From Reclinomonas americana ATCC 50394 (lineage: Eukaryota): a stretch of 64,000 nt of DNA. The notes beneath the pieces are model-generated. The model was not told the DNA's origin. It worked only from the letters and a program-made list of their open reading frames with translations, and ran no database searches. This document shows, in pieces, positions 26,453 through 36,913 of the stretch (within the stretch, counting starts at the first letter, position 1; each line of letters begins with the position of its first letter). The DNA lies in contig PS015049.1 of NCBI GenBank assembly GCA_048213135.1, positions 128,422 to 192,421 of the forward strand, in the 5' to 3' direction. Position numbers and translations under genes: made by a program.

Positions 26453-26769
26453 TGCGTGTGTGTGTGAAAGAGGCAGAAGACAGCTACTGTAGACGGCCTT
26501 TGGGATCGTTATGTAGACGGCTCTTAGCTGCTTGGGCTCGACAACAACAGCAACTTTGGTAATTCCAGATAGCAGCAGAGGTGTAGGATGATCACCATCT
26601 TAAGGAAGCGCCAGAAACAGAGACACTCCAGACGCTGCACGAGAGAAAATCGAAATGTCATGTCAAGACTGTGCTGATGTTTTGTTGTTGAGGGCCATCC
26701 TGCAAGCATCTAAAAAACAAGCATATACAGTCTACAGCAACTTGTACTCCGTCTTCTTCTTCTGGATCA

Positions 26770-28630
26770 TCACTGTTCGGGGTACCGATCGCGCCAGTAC
26801 GAGATGCCATCGGAACTAATGTACGTCATGAGCGTGGCTTCGTAGGCGACGGCCTCTTGCGGTGTGCGCCGGCATTGCTCCTTGAAGACGCGCGGGTTGC
26901 CTACCGTGCATCCGGCGACCGTCAGCGATTCGAGGGCCAGTGGAGCGAGAATCTGTGCACGTAACGTGAGGGGCAGCTAGCGCACTCCGTTTTGGTGACA
27001 CCATCGACACGCACCTTCTCAAACAAGTGACGCGATCGTGGCACGTGGTGGTGGCTGGTGGCCACCAGTACGTGCCGCAGGTTCTTCCAGCCGCGCGACT
27101 GTGCCATGTACCGCACGCAGCCTGCGTTGCCGTATGTGTCGGGTGAACGATCCTCGGCAATCACGTGCCCATCCTGTGTGTGCCGCAGTGAGCTCAGAAG
27201 CTGCAGAAGCCCGTGCTCTCATCAGTGGCGCAACTCTCGGCGCATGCAGCTGCTCGTGCGCGTACTCGCACATCATCTCGGCCTCGGTGCGTGGTAAGTT
27301 CTGCGCTCCCTTGGTGAGAAAGAATCATGAACGAGGAAGTGCACAACAGAGTCACCAACCCGCGGATTGCCGCCCGACATGATCAGCACGGCCCCGTTCT
27401 GTCCGTAAATGTACCTCGCCGATCGCCACGCCGACACGCCGAGACGCACACGGCACTCCAACGCTTGCGCCATGTGGCAGTCGTGCCCCTCGCCCAACAA
27501 CGCCTGTCCGAGCACGACCACCGCCATTGTCGGTCCTTCGTCTGACTCCCCAAAGTCAGCGCGGAGGAACAGGAAACAGAGTGCCTCCCTTGCCAGCACA
27601 CACACCATCGGAGCTCGGCATTGGCGGCGGCACCGACAAGTCCCACTCCACGCGCTCCGTGTTGCCGTTCTCCACGCGATGACCGAGCAGCGTCTGCAAC
27701 ACATACGAATGCGTGACCACGAGTATCACTCGCTCCGGACGGCGACTCAACCAGGTGCGGAAGCCCTGCGCCACGCGCATGAGGAACACTTCGTCGGGCT
27801 CCATGTCGCACCGCAGCGAGCGATCCACGGGCGTGCCGTCGTCAAACCACCTGAGACGCAAAAAATCAGTCAACAATCGGAGCAGAGAAGGCGAGGAGAG
27901 GCCACCGCACCATTCGTCAGCCCACGTCTCCATCTCGTCAAAGCTAAAGTGTGGGAACTGTACGGGAGAGGGTGGTTGAAGCGCATGTCGACACGAGTGA
28001 GGCGAGCTTCGGCGCACTGACCTGTTCTTTGAGCACCGACAAGGGCGTGCCGAAATCGTGCGAGGAGCAGCGTCGCTCGGCCGCCAGTGGACACACCACC
28101 ACGGGAATGCCCGAGTCGGGGTTGTACACACTCTGTGGAGCGTGCGTGGTCTCAGTCGGTGAGAGAGAGAGAGAGACAAGAGAGACGAGTCGCGAGTACC
28201 TCGGTGGTGGTCTGCAGACACCGCGTAAACGGCGACGTGACAATGAGCTGTGGCGGCTCGGCACACGTCGCCACCTCTGTCTCGTACCACTCACGGATCT
28301 TGGTCGCTTGCTGAGAGAATGTGTGTGAGAGAGAGAGCATGCAATCACACCTGTGGCGATCACTTCACCTCCTTGCCGAGGTGATCGAGCCCAGCGTCTG
28401 GCATAATGACAAAGTCCTTGCCAGTGCGACCAGGCAACTCGGCAGCGATCGCCTGATCACACACATTGTGGGTTGCATGCATGCACACGTGGCCACATGT
28501 ACACACACATGCATGCATTCATTCGACGCACTCGCGACAGTTGATTGTACACCGACTGGCAGTGGCGCACAAAGTAGATGGTCTTGCGATGACTGGCATC
28601 GCTGCCTCCACTGCCACTTGCCTCGCTCAT
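26770..28630 (-). CDS. Histidine phosphatase (PGM-like) fused to a DUF218/YdcF-like domain
   Basis: N-terminal: KTIYFVRHCQSVYN, DAGLDHLGKEQA, VTSPFTRCLQT, WLSRRPERVILVVTHS. C-terminal: AVVVLG, LIMSGG, TEAEMM, EDRSPDTYGNA, VATSHHHVPRS. The junction intron is phase 1 (GAT G|AC GAA) with no stop. Confidence 0.8.
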
Positions 28631-29425
28631 CCTCTCGCGCGCGCTTTTGTGATTGCTTTCTGTGTATTTTCGGATCGAAATCCGAACACGACGATGCACG
28701 TGTGAAGCACGCGGACTGACGTGCCCACTATCGCCCTGATCATGAGTATTACACCTTCTTGCACTCTTGTGTTCACCGTGACAGTTGGCGACAAGTGCAA
28801 GTTGCACATTGAAATGTGGCACGCGTCGGTCGTCATGGTTGTACAAGAAGATTGGTTGTCGATTGTTTGGCGCGCGCGCGCGCGCGCGCTCCTGATCTGC
28901 TGTGTGGGTGCGTGGTATGCACACCAGAAGGAGAGGAGGTGCCACGGAAGAGACACAGCATCGATATCGANNNNNNNNNNNNNNNNNNNNNNNNNNNNNN
29001 NNNNNNNNNNNNNNNNNNNNNNNNNNNNNNNNNNNNNNNNNNNNNNNNNNNNNTGCATGTGCGATCGGTTTGTTCCGATTCGTCCCGACTTGCTCTTTTT
29101 CCTTGTCACTCTTCTTCTCCTCCTCCCATGCCCACCCCGCATTGACGCAAACATTGTTCCATTTCACTAAACAACGATGTTCCTGAGAAGCAAGAAGGCA
29201 ATACAACAACAAACAAGACAGCACCACCGACAAAAAACCCTCAAACAGACAAAATCGACGTGGGGGTCGCTCATCCACACGCACACGCCCACGCCCGTTC
29301 CCCAACCCGCCTGACCGCTGATAGCAGCCGACTCTTTACCCGCTCAGAGAACCGCAAAACAAAAGAAGACGAAGAAGAAGACAAAGAAGAAGATGAGACA
29401 CGGAGAAAAAACCGATTGTTGTTGT

Positions 29426-29942
29426 TTAGCAGGCGGCCAGCTCGACGTCCTTCAAGTACAGCTTGAACAGCTGCGTGAGGCTGACGAACTCGCGAATGGA
29501 CTCGGTGGAGGAGCGATTGAGGGCCTTGAACGACTGCTCAATGGTGGAGAGGAAGTCGACGAGCTTCTTGATGTCGTTGTGGAGGGTGGGGAGGGGGCGA
29601 GCGCACTCAACGCGGCCCACCTGCGGAGCATTGCTGCCATGCGCAGCAGTCTGCAGCGCAGCTTGCAGAATGTTCGGGTCATTGGTCGTCGCCAACACCT
29701 GCTTCAGGTGCTGGCAGATCTGGCGGTACTGCCGATACGCGGCAGTCTGTGTATGCGGAGAAAAACGAAATTTGAGTGAGCACGCGTGTTTTTTGCCTTG
29801 CTTCTCCCCCTCCACAACAGCGACTCACCGCATCACGAAGCTGCGCATTGAGCGCACTGACACCACGTTGCGGGGCTGCCGACACGGCGACCACCGCCAC
29901 CACCAGGACGACAAGTGCCGTCAAACACAGCGCAAGTCGCAT
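29426..29942 (-). CDS. Small secreted alpha-helical protein (~144 aa, 2 exons)
   Basis: MRLALCLTALVVLVVAVVAVSA signal peptide; phase-0 GTGAGT...CAG intron; amphipathic helices; ends DVELAAC*. Confidence 0.75.
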
Positions 29943-30337
29943 TGTGTGTGTGTGGGGAAGAAGAAGTAGCAAAAGAGATCGAGTCNNNNNNNNNNNNNNN
30001 NNNNNTGTGTGTGCGTGTATGTGTGTATGTGTGCAAGCAGCTGCGTGTCTCAAGTACGGATCCGCTTACTCCACTCTCTTACACCTCTCGCGAAAACGAT
30101 AAAAACCGATCTGGGACGACCGTCCGTTGTCGCTTTCGGCTGCCACTGTCCGGAGTGCGCCGACCGATCGGATGCACGATGGAATCGCGAGTTGCATATT
30201 TCTCCGCTGCCAAGGTGCAATGCCCCCTCCGTTGCAAGTCACAAAGGGAATCCTCACTGGTGTCTCACTCACTCTCTGTCTGTGTCTGCGTCTGCATTTG
30301 TGTGTCCGTGTTTTGTTGTTTGCACATGTCTTGGCAG

Positions 30338-30573
30338 ATGACCAGCACCAACGCGTCCTTTGTGCAGACCAAGCGGTGAGCTTCTTTCTTCCTTCTCTTC
30401 CTCTCAGTGGTTAACCTCACACACTGTGTGGTTGGGGGGAACAACAGATTCGTCGACGCAGTGCGTCTGTTGAACGAGTTGGAGACTGACGCGACGATTT
30501 TGGCGGGCGTCATTACACACCTGTGCGGAAGCATTCACCTGTCTCTCGGTGCCGTGACCAAGGACGATGACAG
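30338..30573 (+). CDS. Probable COMM-domain protein (COMMD10-like N-terminus), partial; remainder in the N gap
   Basis: FVQTKRFVDAVRLLNELETDATILAGVITHLCGSIHL resembles the COMMD10 start (T.R...AV.LIN.....L..I...LHL). In-frame GT-AG intron 30376-30448. The match is short. Confidence 0.4.
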
Positions 30574-31351
30574 GTGCACACACTCACTCACTCACACACA
30601 CACTCACTCTCACTCACTCTCGCACACACGNNNNNNNNNNNNNNNNNNNNNNNNNNNNNNNNNNNNNNNNNNNNNNNNNNNNNNNNNNNNNNNNNNNNNN
30701 NNNNNNNNNNNNNNNNNNNNNNNNNNNNNNNNNNNNNNNNNNNNNNNNNNNNNNNNNNNNNNNNNNNNNNNNNNNNNNNNNNNNNNNNNNNNNNNNNNNN
30801 NNNNNNNNNNNNNNNNNNNNNNNNNNNNNNNNNNNNNNNNNNNNNNNNNNNNNNNNNNNNNNNNNNNNNNNNNNNNNNNNNNNNNNNNNNNNNNNNNNNN
30901 NNNNNNNNNNNNNNNNNNNNNNNNNNNNNNNNNNNNNNNNNNNNNNNNNNNNNNNNNNNNNNNNNNNNNNNNNNNNNNNNNNNNNNNNNNNNNNNNNNNN
31001 NNNNNNNNNNNNNNNNNNNNNNNNNNNNNNNNNNNNNNNNNNNNNNNNNNNNNNNNNNNNNNNNNNNNNNNNNNNNNNNNNNNNNNNNNNNNNNNNNNNN
31101 NNNNNNNNNNNNNNNNNNNNNNNNNNNNNNNNNNNNNNNNNNNNNNNNNNNNNNNNNNNNNNNNNNNNNNNNNNNNNNNNNNNNNNNNNNNNNNNNNNNN
31201 NNNNNNNNNNNNNNNNNNNNNNNNNNNNNNNNNNNNNNNNNNNNNNNNNNNNNNNNNNNNNNNNNNNNNNNNNNNNNNNNNNNNNNNNNNNNNNNNNNNN
31301 NNNNNNNNNNNGAGGAGGCCGACGACAATGTGTGTAAGTGAAGCACGGATT

Positions 31352-32367
31352 TCATGGTGTCTTTAATCTCGGCTCTGCCGTGTCGTCATCTGCGCCTTCA
31401 TCATCGTCATCATGGTGTTCTTCGTCGTCGCCCGTCTCCTCGACACGCTTCGTGACGTAGCTCCACAGCTCGGCAAACTCCGCAGGCGGCATGATCTGCG
31501 TCAGCGCTCTCCTCACGTCCTTGGCCCGCATCTGTCGCGTATCCTCATCCACCTCCACCTCGGCCTCCTCCGCATCGCCATCGGCTGGAGTGGAAGAAGC
31601 GGAGGACGGACCGCCCACGGCCCGACTGGCCACCTGCTGCAGCAGACCAAACAACACGGCGTGGCATGCCGTAATCGCCTTTTCAGAGATCTTCAGCTCA
31701 CCACCGGTCTGCTTGTGCAGCGCCTCGTACAAGATGGCGCGGAGATCCAGCGGCTCATCATCATCATCATCATCATCGTCGGCATCGGCTTCTTCTTCTT
31801 CATCGTCGTCGTCGTCATCGTCGTCATCCTCCTCCGGTTCCGCCACATAGTCACCATCCTCCTCATCTTCATCCTCCTCTGCGTCGTCCTCATGATTGTC
31901 ATACACCTGTCGTTCCACGGCGGAGAAAATCGACTGGAACGGCATCTGCAGAGGCATCGGCGGAGGAGGAGGAGGCGGCGGTGGTGGCGGCAGAGGCGGA
32001 AACGACAGAGGAACACTCTCCCTGCGCGCTCTCTTACGCGTCGGCGACCCGCGCGCACGCTCCTCCTCCAGTTCCCGCACCAGTCGCGCATTCTCCTTGT
32101 GCAAGTGATCACGCCTGCACACATCTCATCAGCAACAGGCAAAACCCACAGGAGACAACGAGTGGAGACAGCAACTCTTGTGCCACTCTGCTCAGCTCCA
32201 CCTCCAGCTGCCGAATGCGCGTCTGTGAGGTCACCGACAACTGCTCATACTGTGTGCATGCACAGTGAGCAAGAAAAACACAAAAAAAAAGAGAGAAAAG
32301 AGAGAAAGAGAGGCGCAACATGAAAACGCAGAGCGCGGATCTCTTCCTCGAGCGCAAGGCGACTCAT
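31352..32367 (-). CDS. Coiled-coil, acidic protein with a divergent H2B-like histone fold (3 exons)
   Basis: MSRLALEEEIRALRFH|YEQL...VAQE|RDHLHKENARLVRELEEE, RKRARR, poly-P, D/E tract, then AILYEALHKQTGGELKISEKAITACHAVLFGLLQQVASRA...QMRAKDVRRALTQIMPPAEFAELWSYVTKRV. Confidence 0.7.
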
Positions 32368-32451
32368 GAATCACAAAGTAAAGAGCGAAAAGTCGGAAAG
32401 CGTGACAATGCCGCTCGCCACTGTCCGCCACTGTCCCCTCAACTTTGCACC

Positions 32452-35431
32452 ATGGCCGACGCCATTCTCAGTTGCGTTCTCTCATGCTTTCTTCGCTGCA
32501 CATAGACAGGCACCGCGTGGCAGTGAAAACGCAGGCGATTTCGTGTTGAATGTGTTGTGCATGTTGGGTCATGTCCACACACTTGTCTCTCTCACTCACT
32601 TGCTTGTGTGCGTGTGTGCGTGTGTGCAGTCACGTATGGCGCATTGTCGCTGATGGCCGTGACCATTGTGGTCATTGGATGCCGGAACTTGCAGAAGCAG
32701 GTGGTGAGTTGCACACTGTTGATTGTCTCCTGTCTCTCTTCCTGTCTCTCTGTGCGTGTGAGAGTGAGAGAAGAGAGTGTGTGTGTGTGTGAGAGAGAGA
32801 GAGCTGGAGAAGAACGAGAGCGGGAAAGCGAATGAGTTGGTGACTTTGGTCAGTTTGGGCATTGACTTCAACTGGCCTCCGCCCGTGCGTGTTGTCGCAC
32901 GAGTGAGACAGTGATGCACTTAGAAGAAGCAGCATTCAGAGCGCACACGACGTGTGTGATTGCAGTTGTCACAATTGAACACGTGTTACAGGTCGAAAAA
33001 GTCGACTCGTCACAAGCATGGCAGTTCCCGTTTGTGGGCGCAGCGGTGCTTCTCGGTCTGTTCCTGCTGTTCCGGTACTTGCCGCGTGAGTATGTGAATC
33101 TGGTGCTGGGCACGTTATTCTGCGTGCTGGGCATTCCCTCGTTGGCGGCGGCCTTGACGCCGCTTGTCGCCAAGCTCGGTCTGCCGGATAAGTCGGAGCG
33201 GGAGTTTGCGTTGTTGGGTGAGTGGGGGATAGGGGAAAGGAGGAGGGGGAAAGGGGGATAAGGGAGAAGGGGACAGAGAGGAGGAGAAGGGAGGTGATGT
33301 GGGGGAGTGAGGAGAATGATGGCCTCTTGTCAGCATGGTACCCACGTGTGGTTGTTGGACTGATGTGACGATTGGCTTCACCATTCTCGTTCTGTTGTGT
33401 GCGACGGTTGCAGGAGGGTGGAGAGGGAGGAGGATGCAGGAGAAGATGAGACAGAAGAGTGGGGTGTCTTCCTACTTCATCGCTCACGATGGCACTGCGC
33501 CATCATGCGCGCTTTTGCTTGTGTGAGTGACATTCCAGCTGTGTTAACCTGTCAGTGATGAAGGGAAGAGTGAGAGGCAAGATAATCTTTCAACTCGACG
33601 ACACTGCACCATCGAGTGTGTTCTACATGTGTGAACCTGTCATTGTTGAGAGCAAAGAGTGAGAGGGCGACGACAGTTGTTCAACTCGATGGTACTGCAC
33701 CCTTCGGTGGGTTCTAATTTGTGCAACACGAGTGAGGTGTGAACCTGTCAGTGTTGAGAGCAAGGAGTGATAGGGCGACGACAGTTGTTCAACTCGATGG
33801 TATTGCACCCTTCGGTGTGTTCTAGTTTGTGCAATACGGGTGTGCACCTGTCAGTGATGAGAGGGAAGAGCGAGAGGCGACAACAGTCTTACAACTCTAT
33901 GAGATTCTGGACGTGTGTGCTTGTCGACGAGTGAGAATTGTGGTGTACCTCTCTTCATGATGAGCACCTGGAGGGATTCATATGCAGTTGAATTTCGGTA
34001 TGAGCAACATCCTCTTCCTCCCTCTCATTTATCCACATCCACCAGGTGTCGAGTTCGACCTGTCTGCCGCCGGCATTGTCAGCTTGCTGTTGGCCTGCGC
34101 CGTCTCCATCACCTACATGGTCACGAAGAACTGGCTGGCCAACAACATTTTTGGCTTTGGCGTCTCTGGTATGAACAGCCTCATCTCCTCCTCTCCTCCT
34201 CTTCTCCTCCTCTTCTCCTCATTCCCGCCCACCTCACAGTTGTGTACATTGGCGTCATTTCGCTCGAGTCGTTCAAGGTCTCGATCATTCTTCTCAGCGG
34301 CCTCTTCATCTACGACATTGTGATGGTGTTCGGCACGCCACTGATGGTCACCGTCGCCAAGAACTTTGACGCGCCCATCAAGCTGCTCTTCCCGCGCAAC
34401 GTGCTGGCACCCATCTCCGAGTGGCAGTTCTCCATGCTGGGCCTGGGCGACATTGTGATTCCCGGCCTGTTCATTGCACAGATGCGCAGACTCGACGACC
34501 ACCTGCGCGCGGCCAATCCCAAGCGCGGCAACACGTACTACAATGCCACGCTCGGCGGCTACATTTTCGGATTGTTCCTGACCATGCTGGTGATGCATGT
34601 GTTCCAGAAGCCGCAGGTGGGTGGAGTGGCAAGGGAGGGCAAGGAGAAGTGACATCTTGCTGTCGCGTGGGGGTGATCGAGTCAGCATTCTCTTATTTCG
34701 CCATTGGCTGCTCACTTGTGCACGCCTCATCGTCCAGGCTGACTCATCACTCATTCAGAGTCTGCTTGTGGAGCGGGCGTCTCTTTCAGTCTTTCCCTCC
34801 AGCACGTCTCATTGTCAACAGTCTCTGTCTTTTCCGTCGTGCATCTCGCTGGTATCTCTCTTTTTCTCAGTGTGCGTTCACTGTCCCTCTTCCGTTTGCC
34901 TTCTCTCTTTGTCTCGCCCTGTGCTTTCGCCGTTTCCCTCATTCGCATGTCTCTTTCATCCAGGCAGATTCATTCTTGTACGCGTGCATTCGTTGCCGCA
35001 GTCATTGATTTCGCTTGTCTCCACTCTGCCGTCTCGGCCTGTGCATTCACCGTGTCTCTCGCCTCAGCCAGCAGGCTCATTCATGCCTATCCGCATGCAT
35101 TCACGCACTGTCTCTTTCTGATGCGGGCGTCTTTGCCTGCGTTCGCTTTGTCCCTCTCCTCATCCGGGCGCACTCTTTCCCCTGCTTTCATCTCACCTCA
35201 CTCCCTCTCCATCCCTCCCCACAGCCTGCGCTTCTGTACCTCGTCCCCTGCATCATCATCTTCTCCCTCGGCAACGCCATTGTGCGCGGCGAGCTGAAGA
35301 TGCTGTGGGGCTACGTGGAGACATCGACCGAGGTGATTGACGACACCAAGAAGGACGAGAAGAAGGCCGAGGCCGTGGAGGGCGCCACTGCCGCCGCCGC
35401 CGTCGCCGCCGAGTCGAAGAAGGATAAGTGA
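32452..35431 (+). CDS. HM13: Signal peptide peptidase (GxGD intramembrane aspartyl protease)
   Basis: YDIVMVFGT, FDAPIKLLFP, FSMLGLGDIVIPG and PQPALLYLVP motifs; C-terminal KKDK ER-retrieval signal (KKxx). Six in-frame exons. Confidence 0.95.
33547..33900. repeat. Intronic tandem repeat with a ~108-bp unit (4 copies, inner two best conserved)
   Basis: acctgtca(g/t)tg(a/t)tga...gcgacgacagttgttcaactcgatggta..gcacccttcggtg; copies start at about 33547, 33633, 33741 and 33846. Confidence 0.85.
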
Positions 35432-35647
35432 TGAGGGAGGAAGCGTAAACAGTGAGAGGTGGTATAGCGCACAATGAAGAAGAAAAAAAGAAATTAACCC
35501 AAACGTCAACGAATGGAGCGCAGATAACTAATGTACGTTGGTTCTCGTGGCGGCATACACGCACACGGGTGAAAAATGGGGGGAAAAGGTGGGGATCAGA
35601 TTAGCAGTTAAAGAAACACAGACACACACAAGAAAACAACTGTGTGC

Positions 35648-36481
35648 TTATGCCGAAGGCGGCGCCTTGACGACCTCAAACTCGACCGTGATGGCCGCAT
35701 AGTCGTCGACATCAATGCCGGCCTGGAGCACGTCGCCGACCTTGATCGGCCCCACACCCGACGGCGTGCCAGTGAGGATCAAATCGCCCTCCTCCAGCGT
35801 CACATGCCGACTGATGGAGGAGATGAGCTGCGGCACGGAGAAGATCATCTCACGCGTGGTCTCCGCCTGTCGCGGTCCATTGTTGACATTGAGCCAGATG
35901 CGCACGTTTTGCGGGTTCGGGATCATGCTCGGCGGCAGCATGTTCTTGCTGACTCCGCAAAACGTGTCGGCGCCCTTGGCCAGCGCCCAAGGAAGCCCCT
36001 GCTTCTTGGCATCGTTCTGCCACTGCCGCGAGGTCACATCGATCGCGCATACGTAGCCTGCAACGGACTGGCATTAGAGAGACTTGTTTTCCACAAGTTG
36101 TCTTCTGTTTGAGTGCGTGTTTACCTGCAACGTGTGACATGGCATCGGCGGGCTTGATGTTCTTCCCGATGCGGCTAATGACGACTCCCAGCTCGACCTC
36201 GTGATGCAGCTCAGTGAGGCCCTCGGGGAGGAGAATGTGCGGAGGGCGCGCATCGTGTTTCGGGTCCGACAGCAGGTACGACGAGGGCGGCTTGAAGAAG
36301 AACTGCACGTCGGTGGGCACAGGGTTGTTCAACTCCGCGGCGTGGCTGCATGAGTGGAAAGAGTGAGTGAGAGAGAGAGGGAGAGTCAATGAGTGTGTGT
36401 GTGTGTGCATACTCACGCGCGGTAGTTGCGCAGCACGCCAATGATCTTGGAGCCGGGTCGGATCCACAGTGGGTATCGCAT
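35648..36481 (-). CDS. FAHD1: Fumarylacetoacetate hydrolase domain protein (acylpyruvase / oxaloacetate decarboxylase type)
   Basis: KIIGVLRNYRAHAAELNNPVP...FFFKPPSSY...LHHEVELGVVI...GYVCAIDVTSR...AKKQGLPWALAKGADTF...LEEGDLILTGTPSGVGP. Two in-frame introns. Confidence 0.95.
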
Positions 36482-36913
36482 GTGTGTGTGAGAGTGTGTG
36501 TGTGAGAGGAGGGAGAGGAGAGGGGAAAGAGGTGCGCGAATGCGGCGGGAAATTGGTGGTGCAGCAGTCGCCGCCTTGTCGGACAAATCGCTCTCCACTC
36601 TCTCAACTCCGTGCAGGTGCGAGCGTGTGGGAAGAGCTGCGATGCAAGGAGGCTTGTGGAGAGAGACATGGTTTGTGAAAAACAAACCATCGTTGCATGC
36701 GAACAACTTCACATAATGAAATGTCGACGTCCACGTGCTTTTCTTGCGCTTGCTGAATGATTGCATCTTGCCCTCCTTGGCCTCCCACTCACCCACATAC
36801 AACTGGCGCTGTTCGTCGATGATCTCACGAACTTCGCGCAATGAGTCGATATCGACTCGGCACGCCCGTTACTCGATCAATTTTTCACGCGGGAAGCGAG
36901 AGAAAGAGAGAGA

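Noticed and set aside
33547-33900. Possible CRISPR-like array
   Set aside because: Whole units are repeated with no unique spacers, the repeat is intronic in a eukaryotic gene, and no cas genes are present.
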